A stretch of DNA of 48,298 bases from a virus. Below, piece after piece: positions 15,899-25,567 of the stretch (its first letter is position 1; each line of letters begins with the position of its first letter). The position numbers were made by a program, and so were the translations under genes. The notes beneath the pieces are model-generated. The model was not told the origin of the DNA, searched no databases, and worked only from the letters and a program-made list of their open reading frames with translations. Location: IMG/VR virus record IMGVR_UViG_3300037762_000149; one strand, 5' to 3'.

Positions 15899-17571
15899 CG
15901 TCACGCTTCATCGACAAGTTCGCGCGCGCTGACGGAGAGATCGGCAGCAACTACACCGTTGCGTGTGGTGGGGTGCTCATCAGCGATGAGGCGGTCATCC
16001 CGATCAACGCTGCGGAGGTCATCAGTGGTGTCTCACCGTTGTTCCCTGCTGGAGTCACATCGCTCAAGACTCAGGTGCTCTACACTGCTGAGGCGATGGA
16101 CGGGCCGCACTACGTGGTTCGTGGCACGTGGGCGCATGATGGCGAGGAGCCGAGCGCGATCGATCCTTCGACCGTCGACACGCCGAGCAGCTTCACGCTG
16201 CTCGCGCGCATGACGAAGGACCCGTTGCTCTACGACCTTGGCACCGAGGAAGACCCGGAGTGCTACGACCAGGGATACGGGGCTCGGGTGACGATGCCGC
16301 GGGATGGCACGGCGCCGACGCTGAAGATCGTCAAGTTCATGCCGGCCCGCCGGCTGCCCGGCCTGAATCGCCCGGTGTCGACCGAGGTCGATGGCATGGT
16401 GGTCCTGGCGTCAGCGGTGCTGGCATTGAACGACCTGAACCTGGATCCGGCGGCCGACGTCTCGGACTACGAGACCGGCGACGTGATGCCCTACAAGGGC
16501 TTCTGGCAGGACATGCGGTTGCGCATCCGGCGCACGGACAGCGAGGTGATCCTCGACGTCTACCTGAACGACCGGAACCTCAACCAGCCGAAGCTCAGCT
16601 ACACCGACAAGACGGACCCATTGTGGGGTGCGGTTGGTGTTCCAGGCTTCGAGTTCCTCAGCGGCAAGCTCGTCGATCAGCTAGTAGGCGTCAGTCCTTT
16701 CAGCCTTACTGGTCTGTCGCTGTTGCGCTGCGGCATCTTCTCGGCCGAGACGTTCTCGGACGTGCGCCGGCCGGTCCGCGTCGCGCCCGGCGGGGCGATG
16801 ACCTACGCGCGGGTGGTCAACCGCGTCATCACGTTGGTCGAGAAGGATGGGGACGCGAAATACAACGCGACCACGGGTGCGACCACGAAGTTCGACACCT
16901 ACCTGCAGTTCGTGCTGGAGGCCGAGGCCGACATCATCCGCAAGGAGGGCTATTGGGAGTGGTTGCGTCGCGAGGAGCGGATCTACCTCATCAACGGCGT
17001 CGACGAATACGAGATGCCGGCGAACTTCGCCGAGCTCGAATACATCAAGCCCGGCAACTTCCAGGGTCGCCCGCTGCAGGAAGTTCAGCCGTTCGAGTTC
17101 GAGAGCATGCTGGCCAACGTGCAGCTTGGCGGCGGCAGGCCGATGGTGTTCTACCGGAAGGACGTCGGGCCGAACGAGATCCTCAGGATCAGGATCACCC
17201 CCTGTCCACTCATCCAACAGTCGACAGAGCCAGGGCAGAGCACGGATCCCTACCTCACGGTCGCCTACTACGCGCGACAGATCTGGCCCAACGAGTCGGA
17301 TGCGGAGCTGCCGTTCGTGCCGGCGGCCGACATCGACGTGCTGATCTACGCTGCCGCGGCGCACGCTCTGCTGCTCGACACGGACAGCGAGAACGCAGCG
17401 AACATGGGAGCCGTTTACCTCAAGAAGCTGCAGGACCTGAGGAGAAAGAACAATCGGCTCATCAGTCAGCGTATCACGATCCGTAGCGCTGCCGACGTCT
17501 ACCGCGGATCAAGCAACACAGTCCCCCTGACCCGAGCAGCCTCGCTCGGTGAGAGCTTGCTGGCGTTCTGA
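15895..17571 (+). CDS. Virion structural protein, head-tail adaptor-like C-terminal half
   Basis: 558 aa. YWEWLRREERIYLINGVDEYEMPANF...VFYRKD...LRIRITPCP...YLTVAYYARQIW resembles podovirus adaptor proteins. The N-terminal ~290 aa are unassigned. Confidence 0.65.
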   Translation: MTSRFIDKFARADGEIGSNYTVACGGVLISDEAVIPINAAEVISGVSPLFPAGVTSLKTQVLYTAEAMDGPHYVVRGTWAHDGEEPSAIDPSTVDTPSSFTLLARMTKDPLLYDLGTEEDPECYDQGYGARVTMPRDGTAPTLKIVKFMPARRLPGLNRPVSTEVDGMVVLASAVLALNDLNLDPAADVSDYETGDVMPYKGFWQDMRLRIRRTDSEVILDVYLNDRNLNQPKLSYTDKTDPLWGAVGVPGFEFLSGKLVDQLVGVSPFSLTGLSLLRCGIFSAETFSDVRRPVRVAPGGAMTYARVVNRVITLVEKDGDAKYNATTGATTKFDTYLQFVLEAEADIIRKEGYWEWLRREERIYLINGVDEYEMPANFAELEYIKPGNFQGRPLQEVQPFEFESMLANVQLGGGRPMVFYRKDVGPNEILRIRITPCPLIQQSTEPGQSTDPYLTVAYYARQIWPNESDAELPFVPAADIDVLIYAAAAHALLLDTDSENAANMGAVYLKKLQDLRRKNNRLISQRITIRSAADVYRGSSNTVPLTRAASLGESLLAF

Positions 17572-18470
17572 TGACCAAGTGGCAGGAGTTCCCGTTGCGT
17601 CCCCAAGGCCAGCCGTGGCCGGGGCTCAACACGCGCGGCGGCAAGCTCGATCCTGGCGCCGGCCAGCTCGAAGACGGCTCCTTCAACGCCATCATCAACG
17701 AGGCTGATCTCCTCAGTAAGCGCAAAGGCTTCATTCGCGGCCTGGACGAACGCTTCACGGGCCCGGTCTGCGGGCTGTTCCGCTACACGGACGACTGCGG
17801 CGTCGAGTATCTCGTGGTGGCCGACCAGGATGGCATCCACGTCCGCACTCCGTTCGACATCCCGACCTTCCTTGGCAGCGATTCGCTCCCCAACGATGAC
17901 TTCGAGGCGTCAGAGGTCAGCACTGATCGCTGGTCGAATACCGACGACTACACGACGTTCCTTGGAAGCCTCGTCACCAGGATCACGGCGGCGACCTTCG
18001 ACACGATGACCGTGCCTGAGGAGCGTCTGCTGCAGTGGTTCAAGGCCGCAGCTCTCACGAGCTACCGGGTCGAGATCCAGTATGCACTCGTCGCCGAGGG
18101 CGGACAGCAGGTGGTGGCGGTGGCGATCAAGCGCGTGACTGACACCTACCTGATCGCGCACGTCGAGCGAAACCCTACGAGCTACACGGTCCTCCTGCAG
18201 CTCGTGCAGGCCGGCGTGGCGACCACACTGGGCAGCTCGGAGCTCGGTGGCGCCTCGATCTCGGACGGCTTCCTGCGCCTGTCCTACGACGCCGACACCC
18301 GCACGGTCACCTGCCGGGTCATCCCCTCCGGAGGGTCCACGGTGGTGCTCACAGCCGTGCTCACGGAAGCCCAGGACAACAACCTTGGCCAGAACAGCGC
18401 GATCGGTATCAGCACGGCCAGCCTGAACGATCAGGCTGAGATCCTGCAGGTGACTGGTGGAGGGCTCTGA
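17571..18470 (+). CDS. Virion structural (tail) protein
   Basis: 299 aa. TGATG coupling at both ends, and it lies between the adaptor-like and nozzle-like genes. Confidence 0.65.
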   Translation: MTKWQEFPLRPQGQPWPGLNTRGGKLDPGAGQLEDGSFNAIINEADLLSKRKGFIRGLDERFTGPVCGLFRYTDDCGVEYLVVADQDGIHVRTPFDIPTFLGSDSLPNDDFEASEVSTDRWSNTDDYTTFLGSLVTRITAATFDTMTVPEERLLQWFKAAALTSYRVEIQYALVAEGGQQVVAVAIKRVTDTYLIAHVERNPTSYTVLLQLVQAGVATTLGSSELGGASISDGFLRLSYDADTRTVTCRVIPSGGSTVVLTAVLTEAQDNNLGQNSAIGISTASLNDQAEILQVTGGGL

Positions 18471-21400
18471 TGGCACGGCGCTTCGCCAGCGGGTTCCAGA
18501 TAAACGCGGAGAAGAGCACGCGGGTCAGCAGCTCTGCGGGCACCGACATCCTGGGAACGAGCACGATCATCGCGTCGGCGAATGGTGGAATCGTTCACGA
18601 CGGAAGCGTGAACAGCCTACTGCTCGTGTCGCCTTCTGCTTACAGCGAGGTGCGCAAGGTCGTCTTCTGGGCCTGCTTCATGCACGTCTACACAGGAGCA
18701 GAAAGCTCGGCGCCAGTTCGTTTGCGAGTGAAGCCGACGACATCGAGCACAAGTGTGCGCACCCTGGTAAGCGCGATCATCAATGAGGGAACAACGAACT
18801 TCGAGGATACGAACGCTGGCGGATTGTGGGATGCAGCGGTGCTGACAGGGCTCAGCGAGGACGTCTTCTATCCTCGCAACTCGGAGAAGGAGAATCTCGT
18901 CCAGACGATCCAGAGGACCGACTCCGGTGAGCAAGGAACACAGCTCGTCTACCGCGAGTTCGATCGATTCGTGGCTGGCGATGCCGACTTCTTCGCGGAT
19001 TGGGACTCGATCGCTGCTGATGGGAACGACGATCGATACGTGGGCTACACGCTTGGCGTGCAACGTGTGGACGGAGGGATATGGAACACCACCATCTCCA
19101 GCCCGAACAATCGACCGTTCGTGCTGGCGGTCGGCTTCGCGGTGATCCAGGCGCCGTCGACAAACAACCGCACGAAGATCTATCTGCCGGTCGGCAACAC
19201 TCGTGGACTTGATGAGGCATTTGGAATCCCAGGCTTCAATACGGTGCCGGCGGCTGGAGGAGGTGAGCGTGTGCAGGGCTTCGCCTACCATGCTGACGAG
19301 TGGAGTGGCAGTGTGGAGGCTCGAGTTCTCTACCGAGTTGGCTCTGGACTAACTAACTCAACGGTCACGGTAGAATCGTTGACTCAAGCACAGCAGGGTG
19401 GAACGCAGCTCGCGACACAGAGCGTTGTGTCGGCTTCGTCGCGATCACTGCTGTCGCGATCGAGCGACTTCTTCTCAGCGTTGACGGATGGAGACTTCGT
19501 TGCTGCGCGCATCAACCGGAATACTGGCACGCCAATTCTCATCGGTGGATTCTTCGAGATCCGGGTCACTGGCTTCAACCGCATCCCACTCTTCTTCCCT
19601 ACTGGTGGCGGCCTTCCGGACCCGACCTACATCCCTGGGGGGCCGCCAACCCCGAGCACTACTCCGCAGTTCAGTAACTCCTCAGCACTCTTTGATCCAC
19701 TCTGGTTCCAGGACATGGAATCGGAGCTGTTCATTAGCCGTCGAGTGCAGGGCGGAATCTACCAGCTCGGCCTTGGATCGCCGTTCCAGGGGCTGTCGCT
19801 GAATGCGAACCTTGCCGTTCTCACGGATGGTTCCGGCTTCAACGCAACAGTCAGTCCTGGCATTGGCACCCCTGGCGCTGGTTTCCTTGGCGCCTCGCTT
19901 CTCGACAGCGAAATCACGGCGAACGATCCGCTGAATCTAGCCGGCAAGCGGAAGATCACGACCTACTACGCTGGTGGCGGTTGGGAGCTCGGCAACGACG
20001 CCTTTGGTGGTTGTCTGCAGCTCGTCTACGTAACCTTTGTTCCGAACACGGAGATCGTCGATCTCGGGCCGCTGTTCGACCTGGGCGCCTTCAACCCGGA
20101 AGGCTGTGCGTCGACCAGTGCTGGCCTCGGGGAGCCACCGCTTCTCATCATCACGAATGGCTCGACTCTCCCGCAGAAGTTCAATCCGACCGCGGCCGGC
20201 ACGGCAGGCGAGGTGGAGGATGCTGGCATTCCGACTCCGTTCGAAGGCGAGGCGCCGCAGGCTGTAGCCAGCGATGCGGCGTCTTCGCCGAGTGGTGGCC
20301 TCGATCTCGGCACCTACCGCTACCGCTACACGTTCCGCAACTGCTGCACAGGAAAGGAGAGCGACCCGAACACGGACGACATCGTCGTGGACACGAGCGG
20401 CCAGTCTCCGGCAGCGCAGGTGACGTTCAGCTTTGCAGGCGTTCGCATCCCAGGCGACACGCAGATCTGCGAGATCTGCCTCTATCGCACGGTGGAGGGT
20501 GGCGACTTCCCGATCATGGCGAAGGTAGGATGCTTCAACATCGAAGAGACAACAGTCTTTGTCGATGACCTGAGCGACGACGCGCTCGACTTCGTCAACG
20601 ACGGCCTTTCGATCCTGAACGCACCGATGCCATGCGTGCCGATCGTCGTCGAGTTCAGGAACCGCCTCTTCGGCATGGGCGACATCCCGAACCTTGCGCC
20701 AGCCGGCACGGTCAGCGTGGAGGAGGGCAGCGATCTCGTCATCGGTAACGACGAGGTCGAGTGGACGCGCTGCCTGGAGGGCAAGTTCATCAAGGTCGGC
20801 AGCGACTGTCGCAGCTACGAGATCCTTCGCGTCTTGCCGCCCGATCTCGGCGAGTCTCCTCCGATAGCCCGTCTGCGGCTCGTCGACGCCTACGAAGGAG
20901 CTAGCGACTCAGGGCTTAGCTACGAGGTCTGCGGCCGTCCGAACCGCCTCTACTTCTCGGAGCCGCTCGAGCCGGAATACTGGCCGGCGGCGAACTTCCT
21001 CGACGTCGAGCCGGGCGATGGTGATCGCCTCATGGGCGCTGTCTCGAACTTCGATCGTTTGGTGATCTGCAAGCGCCGCAAGACCTACGTGCTGACGTTC
21101 CGAGAGAACCCCGGCTTCGAGGTCTACGTGCCGTCGCGGATCAGCAGCGACATCGGCTGCATCGGTCCGCGCACCTTCGCGCAGGTTGAGTCTGGCAGCG
21201 TGTGGCTGGCGGACCGCGGGCTTGCGATCTACGACGGCCGCACGGTCATGCACGTGCCCGAGTCGCAGGCGATGAATGACATCTTCGTCGATCCTGACAA
21301 CCCGAACTACGTGCGCCGGGACCGCAACGGTCGCGTGATCGAGGCGGTCGGCGTCTTCTATCCGAAGGCTGAGCAGTATCTGTTGCTGCTGCCAACCGTT

Positions 21401-22303
21401 CAGACGAACCGTGGCTGCAACATGATGCTCGTCTGGGACGTGAAGCTGAAGAACGTCACGCTACTCAAGTTCTGCCAGCAGTTCCTGTCCATGGTGGTCG
21501 CCAAGGACGCTGACGGCAACGAGCGGGTCTACCTGGGAGACGTGAATGGATTCGTCTGGATCTACGACATCGGTGACTGCGATGGGGTTGGTGTTCCGAA
21601 CGCGACCGGCACGGTCCGAGGAGATATCACACTTGCTGGAGTCGACACTGCCACTGGCGCCTCGTTCCTCGATGATGACACAGCGGTTTTCATTGAGGGA
21701 GGAATCCCTGGTCTCGGTGGTCTGTCAGGGATTGCTGGACTTAGTGGAGCATTCGGAGGTGGAGACACTGGCCTAGCTGGCGTCTGCGTCTACACGCGCA
21801 AGAAGGGTGCGTCCTACGACGATCCATGGACGGTGCGCACGATCTACGCGGCTACCGGCACGCGGCTCTTCGTCACGCCGCAGTGGGGTCCTGACGTTCC
21901 ATTCGACGAGACCGGCGAGAACGAATACGAATACATGATCGGGGCGATCGAGCTCGATCTGCTGTTCAAGCCACAGAACTACGCGACCGACGACATGAGC
22001 AAGCGCGACTGGAAGCAGATCGTCGTGCATCAGGTCGAGCAGTTCGCGAGCAAGCTGCGGGTCGACTTGCTGCCAGACTTCTCGCAGAGCGATCCGGAGG
22101 CCGAGACTGTCGTGGACACTGTCACCGGAGAAACTGGCGAAGGCCGTGTCTTCCGAATGGACTACGCCAAGGGGCGGCAGAAGCATCCGGTCGGGCGGCT
22201 GGTGCACTGGTATATGGGAGTGCGCATGCGCAACTTCGCGCCCGAGGAGCCGATCGAGGTCATCAATCACGTGCTCTGCGTTGAGCCAAGGACGAGCAAG
22301 TAA
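18470..22303 (+). CDS. Large tail/nozzle protein (tail tubular B-like beta-propeller)
   Basis: 1277 aa. NRLYFSEPLEPEYWPAANFLDVEPGDGDRLMGAVSNFDRLVICKRRKTYVL resembles the propeller blades of podovirus nozzle proteins. Confidence 0.75.
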   Translation: MARRFASGFQINAEKSTRVSSSAGTDILGTSTIIASANGGIVHDGSVNSLLLVSPSAYSEVRKVVFWACFMHVYTGAESSAPVRLRVKPTTSSTSVRTLVSAIINEGTTNFEDTNAGGLWDAAVLTGLSEDVFYPRNSEKENLVQTIQRTDSGEQGTQLVYREFDRFVAGDADFFADWDSIAADGNDDRYVGYTLGVQRVDGGIWNTTISSPNNRPFVLAVGFAVIQAPSTNNRTKIYLPVGNTRGLDEAFGIPGFNTVPAAGGGERVQGFAYHADEWSGSVEARVLYRVGSGLTNSTVTVESLTQAQQGGTQLATQSVVSASSRSLLSRSSDFFSALTDGDFVAARINRNTGTPILIGGFFEIRVTGFNRIPLFFPTGGGLPDPTYIPGGPPTPSTTPQFSNSSALFDPLWFQDMESELFISRRVQGGIYQLGLGSPFQGLSLNANLAVLTDGSGFNATVSPGIGTPGAGFLGASLLDSEITANDPLNLAGKRKITTYYAGGGWELGNDAFGGCLQLVYVTFVPNTEIVDLGPLFDLGAFNPEGCASTSAGLGEPPLLIITNGSTLPQKFNPTAAGTAGEVEDAGIPTPFEGEAPQAVASDAASSPSGGLDLGTYRYRYTFRNCCTGKESDPNTDDIVVDTSGQSPAAQVTFSFAGVRIPGDTQICEICLYRTVEGGDFPIMAKVGCFNIEETTVFVDDLSDDALDFVNDGLSILNAPMPCVPIVVEFRNRLFGMGDIPNLAPAGTVSVEEGSDLVIGNDEVEWTRCLEGKFIKVGSDCRSYEILRVLPPDLGESPPIARLRLVDAYEGASDSGLSYEVCGRPNRLYFSEPLEPEYWPAANFLDVEPGDGDRLMGAVSNFDRLVICKRRKTYVLTFRENPGFEVYVPSRISSDIGCIGPRTFAQVESGSVWLADRGLAIYDGRTVMHVPESQAMNDIFVDPDNPNYVRRDRNGRVIEAVGVFYPKAEQYLLLLPTVQTNRGCNMMLVWDVKLKNVTLLKFCQQFLSMVVAKDADGNERVYLGDVNGFVWIYDIGDCDGVGVPNATGTVRGDITLAGVDTATGASFLDDDTAVFIEGGIPGLGGLSGIAGLSGAFGGGDTGLAGVCVYTRKKGASYDDPWTVRTIYAATGTRLFVTPQWGPDVPFDETGENEYEYMIGAIELDLLFKPQNYATDDMSKRDWKQIVVHQVEQFASKLRVDLLPDFSQSDPEAETVVDTVTGETGEGRVFRMDYAKGRQKHPVGRLVHWYMGVRMRNFAPEEPIEVINHVLCVEPRTSK

Positions 22304-23352
22304 TGGCTGGTGGCGGCAAGATCAGGATCGCAGATGCCGACAACCTTTCGGAGCTGGCTCGTGTCGTCAATGGTCGCCTGCTAGTCAGCTCGGCTGGCGG
22401 CGGTGGCGGCGGTGGCGACGTCAACATCACGCAGGTTGGTGGGGTCGCGATCGGGGCGACGGTGCCGGTGAGCGGCGCGGTGGCGGTCAACAACTTCCCT
22501 GCGACCCAATCGGTCACGCAAGGGACGTCGCCTTGGGTGGTTGGCGGCACGGTAGCTGTGACTCAACCGATCACTGTCGTTCAACCGACGCACACCAATC
22601 TCAAGGCCGACGTTCGGTTGCAGGGCGCAGATTTAGCTAACTTCTGTTCGATCTTGCACGACGCTGGGCCTCTGACGGCGGACGTCGATGGCCCGCCGCC
22701 GATGTTCGAATGTGTCGACACGGACGCAGGCTTCCCTGTCACACTTCCGGATGCATACAGCAAGGCTTTCATCAACTCCTCTGGAGAGATCCTCGTCAGC
22801 GCGCGTGGATTGGTCAGCATCAGCGCAGTCACTCCGGGGACTGGCGCCACGCAGCTAGGCAAGGCCGAGGACGCTGCACACGCGAGCGCTGACGTTGGCG
22901 TTATGGCGCTGGCCGTGCGGCGAGACACCTTGGCCTCGTCAACTTCGGCCAACGGCGACTACGCGACGCTTTCGGTGACGGACAATGGAGCTCTGTGGGT
23001 AAGGGAGGCAGGCGTGCAAACTCTCGTTCTCAGCGGAAGCACTCGTGGCCGTCCTATCGCGATCGCTGCGACAGCGAGCGCTGGAACGCTGCTGCACACA
23101 GCGACGACGACGGCCGGTCAGCTCGACAAGATTTTCATTTGGCTATCCAACATCAGTGCGGCCGCGGTCATCGTGACGATCGAGTTCGGTGCTGCAGGAG
23201 CTGGGTTGGAGCTGGACGTGATCGTGCCGGCCAACGAAACAGTCCTGGCGGTCAACGGCGCAGTCCTTGGCGGCGCCGCCACTGACACGATTCGAGCCTA
23301 CGCAGGGACTGCCAGCGTCGTCAACGCCATCGGCAGGGTGGAACGCCTGTGA
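22303..23352 (+). CDS. Tail fibre/spike-like protein
   Basis: 349 aa. Poly-Gly linker GGGGGGG followed by repetitive V/T/A-rich beta sequence. TAATG coupling. Confidence 0.65.
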   Translation: MAGGGKIRIADADNLSELARVVNGRLLVSSAGGGGGGGDVNITQVGGVAIGATVPVSGAVAVNNFPATQSVTQGTSPWVVGGTVAVTQPITVVQPTHTNLKADVRLQGADLANFCSILHDAGPLTADVDGPPPMFECVDTDAGFPVTLPDAYSKAFINSSGEILVSARGLVSISAVTPGTGATQLGKAEDAAHASADVGVMALAVRRDTLASSTSANGDYATLSVTDNGALWVREAGVQTLVLSGSTRGRPIAIAATASAGTLLHTATTTAGQLDKIFIWLSNISAAAVIVTIEFGAAGAGLELDVIVPANETVLAVNGAVLGGAATDTIRAYAGTASVVNAIGRVERL

Positions 23353-23765
23353 CCGGACGCGAAAGCAAGTTCGATCGGATGCTGGTGCATCACCTCGCCT
23401 ACGGCGACGCGATCGGGGCTGGAACGACTCAGGTGTTGTTCCAGATGGACAACCAGTCCATCACTCCATTCAGTTGGTGCCCAGCTCTGCCGAGAGCGGC
23501 CAAGGCTGTGCGGGTAGCGGTCACCTCTCAGTGCGCGGTCAATACGACCCCTGGCAACTGGACCCTGCGTCTCCGGAAGAACGAGAGTGTCGTCGCCGAC
23601 GAAGCGACCTTCTCTGTTGCCGTGACCACCGCCCTGGCGACAACTGTCGGCCCGTGGTCTGCGGAAGCACTCTTCCAGGCCGGCGATCGCTACTACATCG
23701 TGGCTGACGGACCATCCAAGGACACCGTGATCCTTCGAGTCGTTCTCGAGTGGGAGATCCTGTGA
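23349..23765 (+). CDS. Hypothetical tail-associated protein
   Basis: 138 aa. GTGA coupling at both ends. Confidence 0.6.
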   Translation: MTGRESKFDRMLVHHLAYGDAIGAGTTQVLFQMDNQSITPFSWCPALPRAAKAVRVAVTSQCAVNTTPGNWTLRLRKNESVVADEATFSVAVTTALATTVGPWSAEALFQAGDRYYIVADGPSKDTVILRVVLEWEIL

Positions 23766-23989
23766 CGACGATCCGCAAGATGGAGGCGCTGTCGATCTGG
23801 GACTGGATCCAATGGCGGCTTCCGCCCGAGGTGTGGCTGGCGGCCCAGGACGTTTTGCACAACGCCACCATGCCCTCTCCGACAGATCCACAACTCGCTG
23901 CTGGCTTCGCTGAGCTCATCAACCCGGCGACCACCAACGCGAGAAAGCTCATCCTGCTTCGCCAACTACTCAACATCATAAAGGACTGA
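23762..23989 (+). CDS. Hypothetical protein
   Basis: GTG 23762 forms a GTGA overlap with the upstream stop (the track start at 23750 is the alternative). 75 aa. Confidence 0.5.
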   Translation: MTTIRKMEALSIWDWIQWRLPPEVWLAAQDVLHNATMPSPTDPQLAAGFAELINPATTNARKLILLRQLLNIIKD

Positions 23990-24204
23990 TGATTCAGATA
24001 TCAGAGAACTTGGCTCAGCAAGTAGTTGACTACTTGAAGAATCGTCCCTACGTCGAAGTGTTCCAACTGATCGAAGGGATCATCGGAGCTTCCAGGAATG
24101 CCGCCCAGAATCTGCAGCGTCGAGCCGTTCCGCTACCAAGCGACCCCGCAGCCAGTGGGGGAGCAGGGAGCGAGCGCGAATCAGGTCAACGAACAGCAGA
24201 TTGA
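23989..24204 (+). CDS. Hypothetical small protein
   Basis: 71 aa. The protein-like N-terminus MIQISENLAQQVVDYLKNRPYVEVFQLIEGIIGA is convincing. The last ~35 codons overlap the next gene out of frame. Confidence 0.5.
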   Translation: MIQISENLAQQVVDYLKNRPYVEVFQLIEGIIGASRNAAQNLQRRAVPLPSDPAASGGAGSERESGQRTAD

Positions 24205-24733
24205 GGACTACCTCAATCGGCTTCGAACAGCCATCTGCGAAGACATCGAAGAGATCGTCTCCGCTGAGAGCTTCCTTGCCCTGTCAGACACTCCTGACAC
24301 CTACGCCGGAGCTGCCGGTCAGGCCGCATTGGTGAATGGGACGGAGACAGGGCTGGTCTTCGGAGAAGTGCTCGACGAGGACGGGCTCATGCTCGACATG
24401 GGCACGACGGAGCAGCAGACCAACCGGACCTACATCGACGGCAAACCGATCTTCCAGAAGACGCTGCAGCGGGCCGGCAACCTCGGAGTGGGAGGCACCA
24501 ACATCGCGCACGGAATCACCGGGCTGGATCGGGTCGTCTTCATGCTCGGCGACGTTCTGCGCAGCAACGGCGGTCGGTTCATGGTGCCATTCGTCGATCC
24601 AGCGACACAGTTCCTCGTAGGCGTCCAATACGTGGATGGCACCAATCTCAGCATCAAGCTCGGCGCCGGCTGGACTGGTGTTGGGAACGTGCTGAGCGAT
24701 CTCAATCTGACGATCTGGTATACGAAGACGTGA
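24098..24733 (+). CDS. Tail fibre / receptor-binding protein
   Basis: 211 aa. FLALSDTPDTYAGAAGQAALVNGTETGLVFGEV is a connector motif common in phage fibres. The C-terminal TYIDGKPIFQKTL...GTNIAHGITGLD looks like a receptor-binding domain. Start uncertain (ATG 24098 or GTG 24155). Confidence 0.65.
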   Translation: MPPRICSVEPFRYQATPQPVGEQGASANQVNEQQIEDYLNRLRTAICEDIEEIVSAESFLALSDTPDTYAGAAGQAALVNGTETGLVFGEVLDEDGLMLDMGTTEQQTNRTYIDGKPIFQKTLQRAGNLGVGGTNIAHGITGLDRVVFMLGDVLRSNGGRFMVPFVDPATQFLVGVQYVDGTNLSIKLGAGWTGVGNVLSDLNLTIWYTKT

Positions 24734-24743
24734 GCGTTAGCCC

Positions 24744-25565
24744 ATGAGCAGCATCCCGCCCCCGAACCAACAGCAGCCGCAACAGCCAGCCACTGGCAGC
24801 CAACAACAAACCCAGGGCTTGCCTCCGACTGGTCTGCAGCAGCAGCTCGCATCACTGAACAGCTACTACGGGCAGGTGTCCAACGTGCGCATGGCCGGCG
24901 GGCCGATGGGAGGCGGTGGCAACATCGGCTTCAACGTGCGGCAGAATCAGTTCGCACAGTCGCAGCTCCAGCCCGGCCAGGGCGAGATGCAGGATCAGCA
25001 GATCGGCAGCAGCTCGCTCGACGCGATGGCTCGCAACCTCGCACAGCGCTACGGCATGCCGATCGGCCGCGGTCGGCTGGTCGACGAGTATGGGAACTTC
25101 CTGATGACGCCGCAGCAGATGGCGGACGCCAGCGGAGGGTCGGTGACGTTGGGCGAGGCGGCCACGCAGATGAACTACATCTCGCAGGCGATCGCGCGAC
25201 GCCAGAACGAGGAGCAGCAGCAGAAGGGGATCGCGTCACTCCAGGCCGGCATGGGTCAGGTGCAGTCGCGCGGCCGTGGGTCTCTGGCCTCAATGATGAG
25301 TGGTTACTACGAAGGGATCGCCGATCTCTACGCGAACCAGGAATACGAGGCAGCCGACTTCTCCTACTACATCCAGAAGGAGCAGCTCGAAATCCAGCGC
25401 GAGCTGCAGCGCAAGGCGGAGAAGCTCGCCAGGAATCAGGCGCGCACACAGTTCGTCGCCGGCGTTGGAATGACCGTGGCCGGTATCGCCACTAGCAACT
25501 ACGCCATGGCGGCCGGCGGCGCTGGCATGGCAACAGGGTCTGCATCCCAAACAGGTTGGTTCTGA
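24744..25565 (+). CDS. Internal virion protein candidate (Q-rich, hydrophobic C-terminus)
   Basis: 273 aa. N-terminal QQQPQQP low complexity and a C-terminal membrane-like FVAGVGMTVAGIATSNYAMAAGGAGMATG. Confidence 0.65.
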   Translation: MSSIPPPNQQQPQQPATGSQQQTQGLPPTGLQQQLASLNSYYGQVSNVRMAGGPMGGGGNIGFNVRQNQFAQSQLQPGQGEMQDQQIGSSSLDAMARNLAQRYGMPIGRGRLVDEYGNFLMTPQQMADASGGSVTLGEAATQMNYISQAIARRQNEEQQQKGIASLQAGMGQVQSRGRGSLASMMSGYYEGIADLYANQEYEAADFSYYIQKEQLEIQRELQRKAEKLARNQARTQFVAGVGMTVAGIATSNYAMAAGGAGMATGSASQTGWF

Positions 25566-25567
25566 CC

